Source: an uncultured bacterium
Lineage (GTDB): Bacteria; Patescibacteriota; Minisyncoccia; UBA6257; 2-01-FULL-56-20
Direction: 5' to 3'
NCBI GenBank assembly: GCA_963707865.1
Contig: OY970175.1
Span: 822,028 to 886,027 of the forward strand
DNA: 64,000 nucleotides
Translations under genes and position numbers: made by a program
In this document: positions 17,918 to 29,900 of the stretch, one piece after another
Position numbering within the stretch: position 1 is the first letter of the stretch
How the letters are laid out: each line of letters opens with the position of its first letter
Notes under the pieces: generated by a model
The model's database searches: none
Told to the model about the DNA's origin: nothing
Seen by the model: only the letters and a program-made list of their open reading frames with translations

Positions 17918-20080
17918 TTACGAAAGCCGCTCTTCTATTTTTTCCAGATTGACGTCGCGTGGCTTCGCGCCATCGCCGGGACCGATGAGGTCGGCGGCCT
18001 CCATGAGATCCAAAAGCCGCGCGGCACGGGCATAGCCGACTTTCAGGCGGCGCTGCAGAAGCGACGCCGAGGCCTTCTTGGCTTCTACCACGATCGCGAT
18101 GGCCTCGTCAAAAAGTTCGTCGGTGTCCTCGTCCTCAAGATATTCGTCAAAGTTTTGCGGCGCAGAAATGCCGGCGGCCATACCGTTCATGCCGCTGCCG
18201 TTCACACCCCCGTTTTCAAAATTCACTTTCTCGTTTTCGTCCGCCATCGGGGCGTTGTGATCGCGGATAAAGCTCGCCACGTTCTTGATCTCGTCTTCCG
18301 TGATGTAGGTACCCTGGATGCGCTTCGGCTTGGAGAGTTCAGCGGATACGAAAAGCAAGTCCCCGTTGCCAAGGAGTTTCTCCGCGCCGCCCGTATCTAA
18401 AATAGTGCGCGAGTCAATCTGCGACGCTACTTGAAGCGCTACGCGTGCGGTGATATTCGCCTTGATGAGTCCCGTGATGATCTCCACCGACGGCCGCTGT
18501 GTGGCGAGCAGAAGATGAATACCCGTCGCGCGCGCCATCTGCGCCAGGCGCACGATGGAACCCTCCACTTCGCGGCCGTAAGAGGTCATGAGGTCCGCCA
18601 TCTCGTCTACCACAATCAAAATGTAGGACAGTGCCTCGTCGCGGTGGCTCGCGTTGTAGCTCTTCGTATCGCGGCTACCGGCTTTTTGGAGAAGCTCATA
18701 GCGCCGCTCCATTTCGGCGATCGCCCAGCGGAAAACGCTAACCGCCTTTTTGTTTTCGGTGATCACGGGGCTTACGAGATGGGGGATACCTTCATAGACG
18801 GAAAGCTCCACGCGTTTCGGGTCAATAAGGATAAGTTTCAAGGTCTGCGGCGAGTTTTTATATAAAAGGGAAACAATGAGCGAGTGCATAAGGATTGATT
18901 TTCCCGAGCCGGTCGCGCCCGCGACGAGCATATGCGGCATCTTTTCAATATTCGTGAAGACTGGCTCGCCCGAAACGTCGCGGCCGAGGATGAATCCGAG
19001 CAGCCCCGATTGATTGAACTCGGGATAATTCATCAAACTGCCGAGGCGGACGAGCGCGGCTGCTTTGTTCGGCACCTCAATGCCCACGAGCGATTTCCCC
19101 GGGATCGGCGCTTCAATACGGATAGGATGCGCAGCCAATGCGAGCGCAAGATCGGAGGAGAGCGCTGTGATGCGCGAGAGTTTCATCCCCTCGGCCGGCT
19201 TCAGGGTGTAGCGCGTGACCGCCGGACCCACATTGATCTCCCCCATTTCCACCGAAATGCCGAAACTTTCAAGCGTGCGCTTTATAATGTTCGCATTCGC
19301 GAGAAGATCACCCGTCGTCGGTTTCCCCACCTCGGCCTTGAGGAGCGAAAGCGGTGGCGGGATATAGTTCGCGAAAACCGGTGCTTTCAACTTTTTTGTG
19401 CTCGCGGGCTTCATCATGGACCTTGGCCCCACGACCGTCGGTTTCATCTCCTCTTCGTCTTCGTCGGGTTCTTCCTCAATATTTTCCATTCCTTTTTTTC
19501 CATGATTCTTGCCTTTCTCGTCACCCGTTCCAGTCACAGGGAGGTCCTCTTCTTCAGGCGCCTTTCCCAGCCATTTGATTTTGATTGGCACGTTCGCCGT
19601 CACAAGTATTGAAATGATAAAGATAAAACCGTCAATAATAGTGGCCGCGGTTTTGCCGAAAGGGTAGCGGAGTGATCCGAGTACGAGCCCAAGCCAGCCA
19701 CCCTTCGTGGGGGAGAATATTTCAATGAGGCCGAGGAACGAAAAGATGAGAAGGCCAGCTCCCACGAGTGTCGTGCCCACGATCTTCTTTCGCCCGGAGG
19801 CCAAGAGCACGACTGCGGCGAAGGCAAGCGTTACGGGGAGGACGAAATACCCCCAGCCGAAGAGCGCGTCCAGGCCTTGGTACGTCGCGCCGCCCGCGGG
19901 CCCCGCCGCGCCAAACCCCGCGAGCGTGAGGATTACTGCAATGCAAAGAAAGCCAACCCCCCAGATGCTTTTCTTCGTATCCGGGTGCAAGCGGTGGTCC
20001 GAAAAATTCTCCCGCGCGTTGCCGCCGCCACGGACGTCGCCGTTCTTCTTGTACTCGCCGTTCCCGTTCCTTTTCGCCAT
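17918..20080 (-). CDS. ftsK: DNA translocase FtsK/SpoIIIE
   Basis: N-terminal TM domain, PHMLVAGATGSGKS, VVDEMADLM, LATQRPS, gamma domain LQRRLKVGYARAARL. Confidence 0.96.
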   Translation of the reverse strand: MAKRNGNGEYKKNGDVRGGGNARENFSDHRLHPDTKKSIWGVGFLCIAVILTLAGFGAAGPAGGATYQGLDALFGWGYFVLPVTLAFAAVVLLASGRKKIVGTTLVGAGLLIFSFLGLIEIFSPTKGGWLGLVLGSLRYPFGKTAATIIDGFIFIISILVTANVPIKIKWLGKAPEEEDLPVTGTGDEKGKNHGKKGMENIEEEPDEDEEEMKPTVVGPRSMMKPASTKKLKAPVFANYIPPPLSLLKAEVGKPTTGDLLANANIIKRTLESFGISVEMGEINVGPAVTRYTLKPAEGMKLSRITALSSDLALALAAHPIRIEAPIPGKSLVGIEVPNKAAALVRLGSLMNYPEFNQSGLLGFILGRDVSGEPVFTNIEKMPHMLVAGATGSGKSILMHSLIVSLLYKNSPQTLKLILIDPKRVELSVYEGIPHLVSPVITENKKAVSVFRWAIAEMERRYELLQKAGSRDTKSYNASHRDEALSYILIVVDEMADLMTSYGREVEGSIVRLAQMARATGIHLLLATQRPSVEIITGLIKANITARVALQVASQIDSRTILDTGGAEKLLGNGDLLFVSAELSKPKRIQGTYITEDEIKNVASFIRDHNAPMADENEKVNFENGGVNGSGMNGMAAGISAPQNFDEYLEDEDTDELFDEAIAIVVEAKKASASLLQRRLKVGYARAARLLDLMEAADLIGPGDGAKPRDVNLEKIEERLS

Positions 20081-20127
20081 TACGTTTCTATTGTACTGTA
20101 ATTTTGAATGTTGCTACAATGGACAGT

Positions 20128-20910
20128 ATGCCGTCGCTTTCAGAGAAGGAACTCATCGTTTTTGATATGGATGGGACGCTCACGCCGAGCAAATCGGTTG
20201 CCGATCGGGAAATGATCGCACTGCTTCTCCAATTGCTTGAGAAAAAGAAGGTGGCGGTGATCGGCGGTGGAAAATACGCCCTCTTCCGGGAGCAGATTAT
20301 TGCCCGCCTGCCACACCGTGACGCGCGGCTCGCAAATCTTTTCCTTTTCCCGACTACTTCAACGACGTTCTATCGCTACCAAGGCGGGGCATGGAAGAAT
20401 GTATATACGCTTCTTTTGCCCAAGCGGGACCGGGCAAAGATACGAAACGCATTTAAAGCGGTTTTCAAAGAAATGGATTACGAGCATCCAAAGAAGACAT
20501 ACGGTCCCGTGATTGAGGATCGCGGGACGCAAGTTTCTTTTTCCGCGCTGGGCCAAGACGTGGTGGCCATGCTGGGGAAAAGAGGCATTCGGATGAAAGA
20601 AGAATGGAAGAGGAAGTACACGCCTTTGAAGATGGAAATAGCGCGAGCGGTCGCGAAGCGCTTGCCCGGCCTTGAGGTGCGCGCCGCGGGCTACACGACC
20701 ATTGACGTTACGCGGAAAGGCATTGACAAGGGCTACGGCATCCGGCAGATAGAGAAATACCTTCACGTGCCCGTTAAAAAAATGCTTTTTGTGGGTGATG
20801 CGCTCTACCCGGGCGGCAACGACTACGCCGCGCGGAGGACTGGGGTGCAATGCATCGCCGTGGGCGGACCGGAGGACGCGAAAAAAATAATTAAAAAAAT
20901 TCTTCGTTGA
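20128..20910 (+). CDS. HAD-IIB hydrolase, phosphomannomutase-like
   Basis: FDMDGTLT, IEDRGTQVSFS, IDVTRKGIDKG, FVGDALYPGGND motifs. Confidence 0.85.
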   Translation: MPSLSEKELIVFDMDGTLTPSKSVADREMIALLLQLLEKKKVAVIGGGKYALFREQIIARLPHRDARLANLFLFPTTSTTFYRYQGGAWKNVYTLLLPKRDRAKIRNAFKAVFKEMDYEHPKKTYGPVIEDRGTQVSFSALGQDVVAMLGKRGIRMKEEWKRKYTPLKMEIARAVAKRLPGLEVRAAGYTTIDVTRKGIDKGYGIRQIEKYLHVPVKKMLFVGDALYPGGNDYAARRTGVQCIAVGGPEDAKKIIKKILR

Positions 20911-20935
20911 CAGGCGGCGCGTGCGGAGGTATGAT
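20907..20935 (+). promoter_or_regulatory. Sigma70 promoter upstream of the YkuK-like gene
   Basis: TTGACA-N17-TATGAT. Confidence 0.7.
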
Positions 20936-21016
20936 GCGCATACTTGCGGAGCACTATTGTTTTGGTGCCACGCAGCTATAAAAATGTCGTCGACAACGAA
21001 ACAATAGCGAGGGACA

Positions 21017-21496
21017 ATGCCGGACTTCTTAAACAGCTCGCTTGGAATCCGAATGACCATTGACGAAGTGGTCCGCGCGATTGTTGATTTTATGACACTG
21101 GAGCCCGCGCGCCGCTACAAGGTGACCATCGGCACCGACTCCGAGCTTCTGCGCGGCAAAAAGGCGGATTTTGTGACGGCGGTCGTGGTGCACCGTGTGG
21201 GAAACGGCGGCCGCTATTTCTGGCGGCGCTTTGAACTCGGAAAGTTCCACAACTTGCGCGACAGGATCATTAAAGAAGTATTGATCTCGCTTGAGGTCGC
21301 CGAGAAGGTGCTTTTGGAGCTCAAAAAGCTCCCGCTCCCGGAATTTGATTTTGAGATCCACGCCGACATCGGCGAGAACGGCCCCACAAAGGCGATGATC
21401 CAAGAGGTGGTGGCGATGATCCGGGCGAATAATTTCCAGGTGAAAACGAAGCCGGAGAGCTATGCGGCGTCCAACGTCGCCGACCGGCACGTATAG
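21017..21496 (+). CDS. RNase H-like YkuK (DUF458) family protein
   Basis: IGTDS, FVTAVVVHRVGNGGRYF, EIHADIGENGPT, KPESYAASNVADRH. Confidence 0.88.
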   Translation: MPDFLNSSLGIRMTIDEVVRAIVDFMTLEPARRYKVTIGTDSELLRGKKADFVTAVVVHRVGNGGRYFWRRFELGKFHNLRDRIIKEVLISLEVAEKVLLELKKLPLPEFDFEIHADIGENGPTKAMIQEVVAMIRANNFQVKTKPESYAASNVADRHV

Positions 21497-21503
21497 AATT
21501 ACT

Positions 21504-21576
21504 AATTTCTAATGACTAATTTCTAAAAAAACCTTTTTATTGGTCATTAAAAATTAGAAATTAGGCATTAGAAATT
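21504..21576. repeat. AT-rich inverted repeat built from 7-mer units
   Basis: AATTTCTAATGACTAATTTCTAA (21504-21526) versus TTAGAAATTAGGCATTAGAAATT (21554-21576), 22/23 complementary. Confidence 0.85.
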
Positions 21577-21579
21577 TTC

Positions 21580-22158
21580 ATGGACACCCTGGTTTTTGAC
21601 ATTGAAACCCAGAATTTTTTCACCGACCCGGACGTGGGATGGGACAATTTCGCGGCGCTCAAAATATCGGTCGTCGGCGTCTATTCCTACTTGTACGATA
21701 AGTATTTCACCTTTGAGGAGCACGAGATGGCCAAGCTTGCCGAGCTCTTTGCGGAAGCGCGGCGGATCGTCGGATTCAGCATGAACCGTTACGACGTGCC
21801 GGTGCTGAATAATTACTTCCAGGGGTTGGGCGCCGCGGTGCCGAATCTTTGGGAGAAAGAGCGCGTGGATCTGCTTGAGGAAATTGAGATGGCGGCGAAG
21901 CAGCGGGTGAGCCTGAGCCGGCTCGCCGAAGCGAACCTCGGCTTGAAAAAAGACCATCATGGTTCGGAGGCGATCGGTCTGTATCGGGAAGGCAAGATGG
22001 ACGAGCTTAAGGCATATTGCCTGAAGGATGTGGAGCTCACAAAGGCACTCTACGATCTGTATCAGAAACAAAATTATCTTTTGATGCCCGATAGGCAAAC
22101 GGGCGAGATCGTGAAAGTGGCGTTTGCGAAACCGCTTGCGGCAGCCGGACTTTTCTAA
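21580..22158 (+). CDS. RNase H-like (DEDD 3'-5' exonuclease, YprB/RNase_H_2-type) protein
   Basis: VFDIET, VGFSMNRYDVPVL, YCLKDVELT catalytic motifs. Confidence 0.85.
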   Translation: MDTLVFDIETQNFFTDPDVGWDNFAALKISVVGVYSYLYDKYFTFEEHEMAKLAELFAEARRIVGFSMNRYDVPVLNNYFQGLGAAVPNLWEKERVDLLEEIEMAAKQRVSLSRLAEANLGLKKDHHGSEAIGLYREGKMDELKAYCLKDVELTKALYDLYQKQNYLLMPDRQTGEIVKVAFAKPLAAAGLF

Positions 22159-22196
22159 TCTCCACCGCACCTTCGCGGTTTTGATATGATAACGAC

Positions 22197-22517
22197 ATGA
22201 AGGTGCTCTACTGGCTTCCTCGCATATTGGCCATATCCTTTGCGGTGTTTCTGGCAATTTTTTCTCTTGATGTTTTTGGAGAAGGATACGGTTTTTGGGG
22301 GACCGTCACCGCATTCATTGTTCACAATATTCCATCCATCCTGATTATCGCGGCTCTTATCATTGCATGGCGTTATGAGAGAATCGGGGGCGCGATATTT
22401 ATTGTGCTGGGCATTATCGCGACAGCGTTTTTTCACACCACGGGCAGCATCGTTTCGTTCGTCGCGGTTTCTTTGCCCCTCTTCGTAATCGGCGTTCTTT
22501 TTCTCGCCGGGCAATAA
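22197..22517 (+). CDS. Small four-TM membrane protein
   Basis: YWLPRILAI...FSLDVF...HNIPS...IAWRYERIGG hydrophobic pattern. Confidence 0.75.
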   Translation: MKVLYWLPRILAISFAVFLAIFSLDVFGEGYGFWGTVTAFIVHNIPSILIIAALIIAWRYERIGGAIFIVLGIIATAFFHTTGSIVSFVAVSLPLFVIGVLFLAGQ

Positions 22518-22520
22518 AAC

Positions 22521-23747
22521 ATGAAAAAGATATACCTTGACTACGCGGCATCCACGCCGGTTGATCCCGCGGTTTTGCGCGCGATGATACCGTATTTTTC
22601 CGAGCGGTTTGGCAATCCCGGTTCACTCCATGCATTCGGGCAGGAGGCGATCGCGGCAGTGGATCGCTCGCGCGAAATGATCGCGAGGGCGCTCGGCGTG
22701 GACTTCCGGCAAGTGATCTTTACGGCATCTGCGACGGAGGCGAACAATCTTGCGCTCCGCGGCGCGGTGCAAAAATTCCGCGAGGCGCACGGGGGGGGCA
22801 AGCACAGGGCAGGCAGGTACGGAGTAAGCGGGAACGTGCCGGCACCTCGCATCATCGTTTCCGCCGTTGAGCATGAATCGGTGTTTGAAACCGCGCGGGA
22901 TTTGGAACGGCAAGGTGCCGAAGTGGTATATGTGCCGGTGAACGCGAGGGGGATCGTAGATTTAAAAAAGATGAAAGAATCCCTGGCAGAAGACACCGCA
23001 ATTGTTTCTATGATGTATGCAAACAATGAGATCGGAACCATCCAGCCGATTTCCGAAATCGCGGAAATTATCAAGGAATTCCGAGAAAAAAGGCGCTCAC
23101 AGCGATCAGTAACCGGCGGTCAGTTTCCAGTTTTCCATACCGATGCCGCGCAGGCGTTCCAGTTTTTGGATTGCGATGTTCAGGGGTTGGGAGTGGATTT
23201 AATGACAATTTCTTCCCACAAAATCTACGGCCCAAAGGGTGCGGGAGCGCTCTTTGTGCGTGACGAAAAAATGCTGGCGCCGGTCGTGATGGGCGGCGGT
23301 CAGGAGTTCGGGCTGCGCTCCGGTACGGAAAACGTTCCGGCAATCGTCGGGTTTGCGAAGGCGGTTGAACTTGCCGCGGCCATGCGGGAAAAAGAGTCCA
23401 AGCGTATTGCTGCGCTGCGCGATCGCCTGTGGAGTGGGATAAAAGAAACTTTCCCGGACGCCGAGGTAAACGGTTCAGAGAACGCTTCGGAGAAATTGCC
23501 GAATTTTCTGAACGTTTATTTCCCCGGCCACGCAGCACAGGATTTACTCACAAAGTTTGATTTGAAGGGTCTTGCAGCATCCTCTGGTTCCGCCTGCCAC
23601 TCCCGCGCGATGGAGGCCCCCTACGTCATTGAAGCACTTGGCCATCGGAAGGAGCGCGCGAAGGCAAGTATTCGCTTCAGTTTGGGACGGCCGACAACGG
23701 AAAGAGAGATAAAGGAGGCACTGAAAATAATGGAGACTGCTCGGTAG
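22521..23747 (+). CDS. iscS: Cysteine desulfurase (IscS/NifS family)
   Basis: IYLDYAASTP, GNPGSLH, FHTDAAQA, SSHKIYGPKG (PLP Lys), SSGSAC catalytic Cys. Confidence 0.9.
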   Translation: MKKIYLDYAASTPVDPAVLRAMIPYFSERFGNPGSLHAFGQEAIAAVDRSREMIARALGVDFRQVIFTASATEANNLALRGAVQKFREAHGGGKHRAGRYGVSGNVPAPRIIVSAVEHESVFETARDLERQGAEVVYVPVNARGIVDLKKMKESLAEDTAIVSMMYANNEIGTIQPISEIAEIIKEFREKRRSQRSVTGGQFPVFHTDAAQAFQFLDCDVQGLGVDLMTISSHKIYGPKGAGALFVRDEKMLAPVVMGGGQEFGLRSGTENVPAIVGFAKAVELAAAMREKESKRIAALRDRLWSGIKETFPDAEVNGSENASEKLPNFLNVYFPGHAAQDLLTKFDLKGLAASSGSACHSRAMEAPYVIEALGHRKERAKASIRFSLGRPTTEREIKEALKIMETAR

Positions 23748-23985
23748 GTCTGTGGGGAGTCGCTGGTTATGCACAGGCAAGGAATAATGGGGGTGACGGC
23801 GATATGTTAAAATAACATTAAAGATTTTAAGGGTTGTTTTGCCGTGTTTAGCTCCCGAAAACAAAGGTCAAGATTAAGCAAATTAAAATCCTCTCATAAG
23901 AACGTTGCCCACCGTATTTAAAATATAAAGGCCGATTACGGCATGAAGGTAAACGTTGTGATAAAGAAAATACTAAGGATAAAAA

Positions 23986-26900
23986 ATGAATAGCACCAGT
24001 TTTAATTTTAGAAAATTCGTTCCCTTGTTTTTAATAATAGTGTTTGCCCTCGCCGGGTCGGTCTTTGTACAGCATGCGAGTGCAGGAACAATAGGTTCTG
24101 TAGGCATCGCGTCGCCGGCTGGCGGCCAGAAGTGGAGCGGTTCTCATAATATCACATGGACCACCACGGGAAATGCAGGTGGAACAAGTACGGTGAATAT
24201 TTATTATTGCCATGATACTCCGAGCGGCGGTTGTGGCGATGGAATAAATACACTTATTCAGGCAAGCGTCGCCGACGATAGTAGTAGCAGCACCGTAGAA
24301 ACATATAGCTGGAATACAACGTCCCCGTCCATACCAGATGGCTCCGATTATAAAATCAGGGTGTCCGCTTCGGCCGATGCTGGCGTTTCGGGTCTTTCGG
24401 GCACCGACTTCACCGTGGACAACACGCCGCCCACCATCTCTATTGGTTCCCCCTCGGCCTTGCTTACCGCTACAACTTCGGTCGCCTACACTATTACTTA
24501 TAGTGGTGCTAGTACGGTGACCCTCGTAGATGGAAACGTGACAGTGAATAAGACGGGTAGCGCCACGGGCACGGCCGCAGTCACCGGAAGCGGCACTTCC
24601 ACTCGCACTGTTACGATCTCAGGCATCGGCGGCACTGGAACGTTGAGTATCACGATTGCTACGGGGACCGCCTATGATGATGCAACCCCACCCAATTACG
24701 CCACAGGGACTGCCGCCAGCGCCACCTTCGCCGTGGACAATACAGCGCCCGCTGCGCCAACAGCAGTGACGCTTACCGATCCGATCAATTTAACAAACCA
24801 AGCAAGCGTTACGGTTACCGGCGATGCCGCGGGTGAAGCCGATGGCTCTGTGGTGACTTGTTCGGTCAGCGACCCAAGTGTAGTTCATACGGTTCAAGCT
24901 ACGAGTTCTGCAGCGACCAATGCATTTACCATTCCTTTAGACGTTCACACTTTGAACGATGGCACCTCGACTGCTACGTGTTACGTTACTGATCTTGCGG
25001 GAAATGTCGGTGCGACCCGAACCGATACGGCTACAAAAGATACGGTCGCGCCGACCATCTCCGTAAGCACGTCCTCGGCAACGCTTACGAACACCGGCCC
25101 CGTCACGTACACCGTTACGTACACCGGCGCTAGTGCGGTGACCCTTGTCCCGGGCGACATCACGCTCAATGCGAGCGGCACTGCCGCGGGCACCGTAGGG
25201 GTCTCCGGCACCAGCACCAGCGGGGGGACCGTCACGATCTCGGGCATCACCGGCGACGGGACGCTGGGTATCACGATCGCCGCGGGTACGGCGTCTGACG
25301 CTGCAGGGAACACCGCCACAGGGACTGCCGCCAGCGCCACCTTCGACGTGGACAATACCGCGCCGACCATCTCCGTAAGCACGTCCTCGGCAACGCTTAC
25401 GAACACCGGCCCCGTCACGTATACCGTTACGTACACCGGCGCTAGTGCGGTGACCCTTGTCAATGGAAACGTAACGCTTAACAAGACGGGCACGGCGACA
25501 GGAACCGTAGGGGTCTCCGGCACCAGCACCAGCGGGGGGACCGTCACGATCTCGGGCATCACCGGCGACGGGACGCTGGGTATCACGATCGCCGCGGGTA
25601 CGGCGTCTGACGCTGCAGGGAACACCGCCACAGGGACTGCCGCCAGCGCCACCTTCGACGTGGACAATACCGCGCCGACCGATCTAGTGGTTAATGCCGT
25701 CTTTGCGGCTTCAACGACCAAACAAGGCAACGCTTCAGTAACGATCGCAAGCTCCGGCGATGCGTCCAACACGGTTTGGTTCGCGCCGCCAGGAACCGTG
25801 GCCTTCGCTACAGACACGACCATGACCAAAGCGGGAGGAACCGATATTTCAATCCTTGCCCCCGCCAATGAGGGTTCCTACAAACTTTTTGTGATTGACG
25901 CCGCCGGCAATGTTTCGTCGGGATCCAATGCGATACTCACCGTGGACAATACGCCGCCGACCATCTCCGTAAGCACGTCCTCGCTCCCGGTCACGAACAC
26001 CGGCCCCGTCACCTACACCGTTACGTACACCGGAGCCAGCTCCGTAACGCTTGTCAACGGAGACGTAACGCTTAACAAGACGGGCACCGCGACAGGCACC
26101 GTAGGGGTCTCCGGCACCAGCACCAGCGGGGGGACCGTCACGATCTCGGGCATCACCGGCGACGGGACGCTGGGTATCACGATCGCCGCGGGTACGGCGT
26201 CTGACGCTGCAGGGAACACCGCCACAGGGACTGCCGCCAGCGCCACCTTCGACGTGGACAATACCGCGCCGACCATCTCCGTAAGCACGTCCTCGGCAAC
26301 GCTTACGAACACCGGCCCCGTCACGTACACCGTTACGTACACCGGCGCTAGTGCGGTGACCCTTGTCCCGGGCGACATCACGCTCAATGCGAGCGGCACT
26401 GCCGCGGGCACCGTAGGGGTCTCCGGCACCAGCACCAGCGGGGGGACCGTCACGATCTCGGGCATCACCGGCGACGGGACGCTGGGTATCACGATCGCCG
26501 CGGGTACGGCGTCTGACGCTGCAGGGAACACCGCCACAGGGACTGCCGCCAGCGCCACCTTCGACGTGGACAATACCGCGCCGACCATCTCCGTAAGCAC
26601 GTCCTCGCTCCCGGTCACGAACACCGGCCCCGTCACGTACACCGTTACGTACACCGGCGCTAGTGCGGTGACCCTTGTCCCGGGCGACATCACGCTCAAT
26701 GCGAGCGGCACTGCCGCGGGCACCGTAGGGGTCTCCGGCACCAGCACCAGCGGGGGGACCGTCACGATCTCGGGCATCACCGGCGACGGGACGCTGGGTA
26801 TCACGATCGCCGCAGGTACGGCGTCTGACGCTGCAGGGAACACCGCCACAGGGACTGCCGCCAGCGCCACCTTCGACGTGGACAATACCGCGCCGACCAT

Positions 26901-29900
26901 CTCCGTAAGCACGTCCTCGGCAACGCTTACGAACACCGGCCCCGTCACGTACACCGTTACGTACACCGGCGCTAGTGCGGTGACCCTTGTCCCGGGCGAC
27001 ATCACGCTCAATGCGAGCGGCACTGCCGCGGGCACCGTAGGGGTCTCCGGCACCAGCACCAGCGGGGGGACCGTCACGATCTCGGGCATCACCGGCGACG
27101 GGACGCTGGGTATCACGATCGCCGCGGGTACGGCGTCTGACGCTGCAGGGAACACCGCCACAGGGACTGCCGCCAGCGCCACCTTCGACGTGGACAATAC
27201 CGCGCCGACCATCTCCGTAAGCACGTCCTCGGCAACGCTTACGAACACCGGCCCCGTCACGTACACCGTTACGTACACCGGCGCTAGTGCGGTGACCCTT
27301 GTCCCGGGCGACATCACGCTCAATGCGAGCGGCACTGCCGCGGGCACCGTAGGGGTCTCCGGCACCAGCACCAGCGGGGGGACCGTCACGATCTCGGGCA
27401 TCACCGGCGACGGGACGCTGGGTATCACGATCGCCGCGGGTACGGCGTCTGACGCTGCAGGGAACACCGCCACAGGGACTGCCGCCAGCGCCACCTTCGA
27501 CGTGGACAATACCGCGCCGACCATCTCCGTAAGCACGTCCTCGCTCCCGGTCACGAACACCGGCCCCGTCACGTACACCGTTACGTACACCGGCGCTAGT
27601 GCGGTGACCCTTGTCCCGGGCGACATCACGCTCAATGCGAGCGGCACTGCCGCGGGCACCGTAGGGGTCTCCGGCACCAGCACCAGCGGGGGGACCGTCA
27701 CGATCTCGGGCATCACCGGCGACGGGACGCTGGGTATCACGATCGCCGCGGGTACGGCGTCTGACGCTGCAGGGAACACCGCCACAGGGACTGCCGCCAG
27801 CGCCACCTTCGACGTGGACAATACCGCGCCGACCATCTCCGTAAGCACGTCCTCGGCAACGCTTACGAACACCGGCCCCGTCACGTACACCGTTACGTAC
27901 ACCGGCGCTAGTGCGGTGACCCTTGTCCCGGGCGACATCACGCTCAATGCGAGCGGCACTGCCGCGGGCACCGTAGGGGTCTCCGGCACCAGCACCAGCG
28001 GGGGGACCGTCACGATCTCGGGCATCACCGGCGACGGGACGCTGGGTATCACGATCGCCGCGGGTACGGCGTCTGACGCTGCAGGGAACACCGCCACAGG
28101 GACTGCCGCCAGCGCCACCTTCGACGTGGACAATACCGCGCCGACCATCTCCGTAAGCACGTCCTCGGCAACGCTTACGAACACCGGCCCCGTCACGTAC
28201 ACCGTTACGTACACCGGCGCTAGTGCGGTGACCCTTGTCCCGGGCGACATCACGCTCAATGCGAGCGGCACTGCCGCGGGCACCGTAGGGGTCTCCGGCA
28301 CCAGCACCAGCGGGGGGACCGTCACGATCTCGGGCATCACCGGCGACGGGACGCTGGGTATCACGATCGCCGCGGGTACGGCGTCTGACGCTGCAGGGAA
28401 CACCGCCACAGGGACTGCCGCCAGCGCCACCTTCGACGTGGACAATACCGCGCCGACCATCTCCGTAAGCACGTCCTCGGCAACGCTTACGAACACCGGC
28501 CCCGTCACGTACACCGTTACGTACACCGGCGCTAGTGCGGTGACCCTTGTCCCGGGCGACATCACGCTCAATGCGAGCGGCACTGCCGCGGGCACCGTAG
28601 GGGTCTCCGGCACCAGCACCAGCGGGGGGACCGTCACGATCTCGGGCATCACCGGCGACGGGACGCTGGGTATCACGATCGCCGCGGGTACGGCGTCTGA
28701 CGCTGCAGGGAACACCGCCACAGGGACTGCCGCCAGCGCCACCTTCGACGTGGACAATACCGCGCCGACCATCTCCGTAAGCACGTCCTCGGCAACGCTT
28801 ACGAACACCGGCCCCGTCACGTACACCGTTACGTACACCGGCGCTAGTGCGGTGACCCTTGTCCCGGGCGACATCACGCTCAATGCGAGCGGCACTGCCG
28901 CGGGCACCGTAGGGGTCTCCGGCACCAGCACCAGCGGGGGGACCGTCACGATCTCGGGCATCACCGGCGACGGGACGCTGGGTATCACGATCGCCGCGGG
29001 TACGGCGTCTGACGCTGCAGGGAACACCGCCACAGGGACTGCCGCCAGCGCCACCTTCGACGTGGACAATACCGCGCCGACCTACTCGGTGGCATATACC
29101 GTAGGCGGAAGCCCCGTGACCTACCTCAATGAAAATGACCATGTCGTGATTACGGCGACCTTCAACGAAGACATGGCTGTCTCGCCGACACCTAAGATTC
29201 AGTTAGACGGTGCTGCGACTGCGTTATCGGCGACGGACATGGTGAGGGACACCGCCACCAGCTCTCACTACAACTGGTTCGCCGGTCAAACTGGAGACGG
29301 CGTGATGACGCCGACCGTGACCGTGGGAACGGATGTGGCGGGGAACACAGTGACCGAGGCTAGTTCTACGAAAACAACAATAATGGTGGACAACACAGCG
29401 CCGGTCGTTGACCCAGGTGCAAGTGTCGGAACGGTGGCGGAAGAATTTACGCAGAACGGATCTTCCACCGACGAAGGAGGTTCGGGCGTTAATACGGGCA
29501 CCTATCAATGGACCAAAGTGCTCGGTCCCGGTACGGTTACCTTTGGCAGTTCCTCCACCGCCATCACAACCGTAAGCGCCAATGTTGACGGTGCGTATGG
29601 TATCAAACTGGCCGTTAGTGATAATATCGGCAACATTGGTTCAAGCACCGTCGGTTTTGTGTGGTCATCCACCAATGTTCCTATAGTGTCTTACAATCCG
29701 GCCAGCGGGGCGACGGGGGTTTCTATAGCTACTGGCACGGCAATCGTAACTTTTAGCGCTGACATCACAATAGTAAGTTCCACTAAGGTTGATTTGGTAG
29801 ACGATGCCAGCAGCACTTCCATGAAAAATGGCGCGGTGACAGCTACCAGCAGCACTCTCCTCATTCCTTACGTCGGGCTGGGAAATGCGAGAGTGTATAG

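Noticed and set aside
25051-29076. Possible CRISPR array
   Set aside because: Units are 312 bp, in frame, and have no unique spacers; no cas genes seen.
25849-29142. Very long minus-strand ORFs (1097 and 1018 aa) over the adhesin
   Set aside because: Antisense shadows of a GC-rich tandem repeat that lacks stops in those frames; no start signals or plausible protein features.
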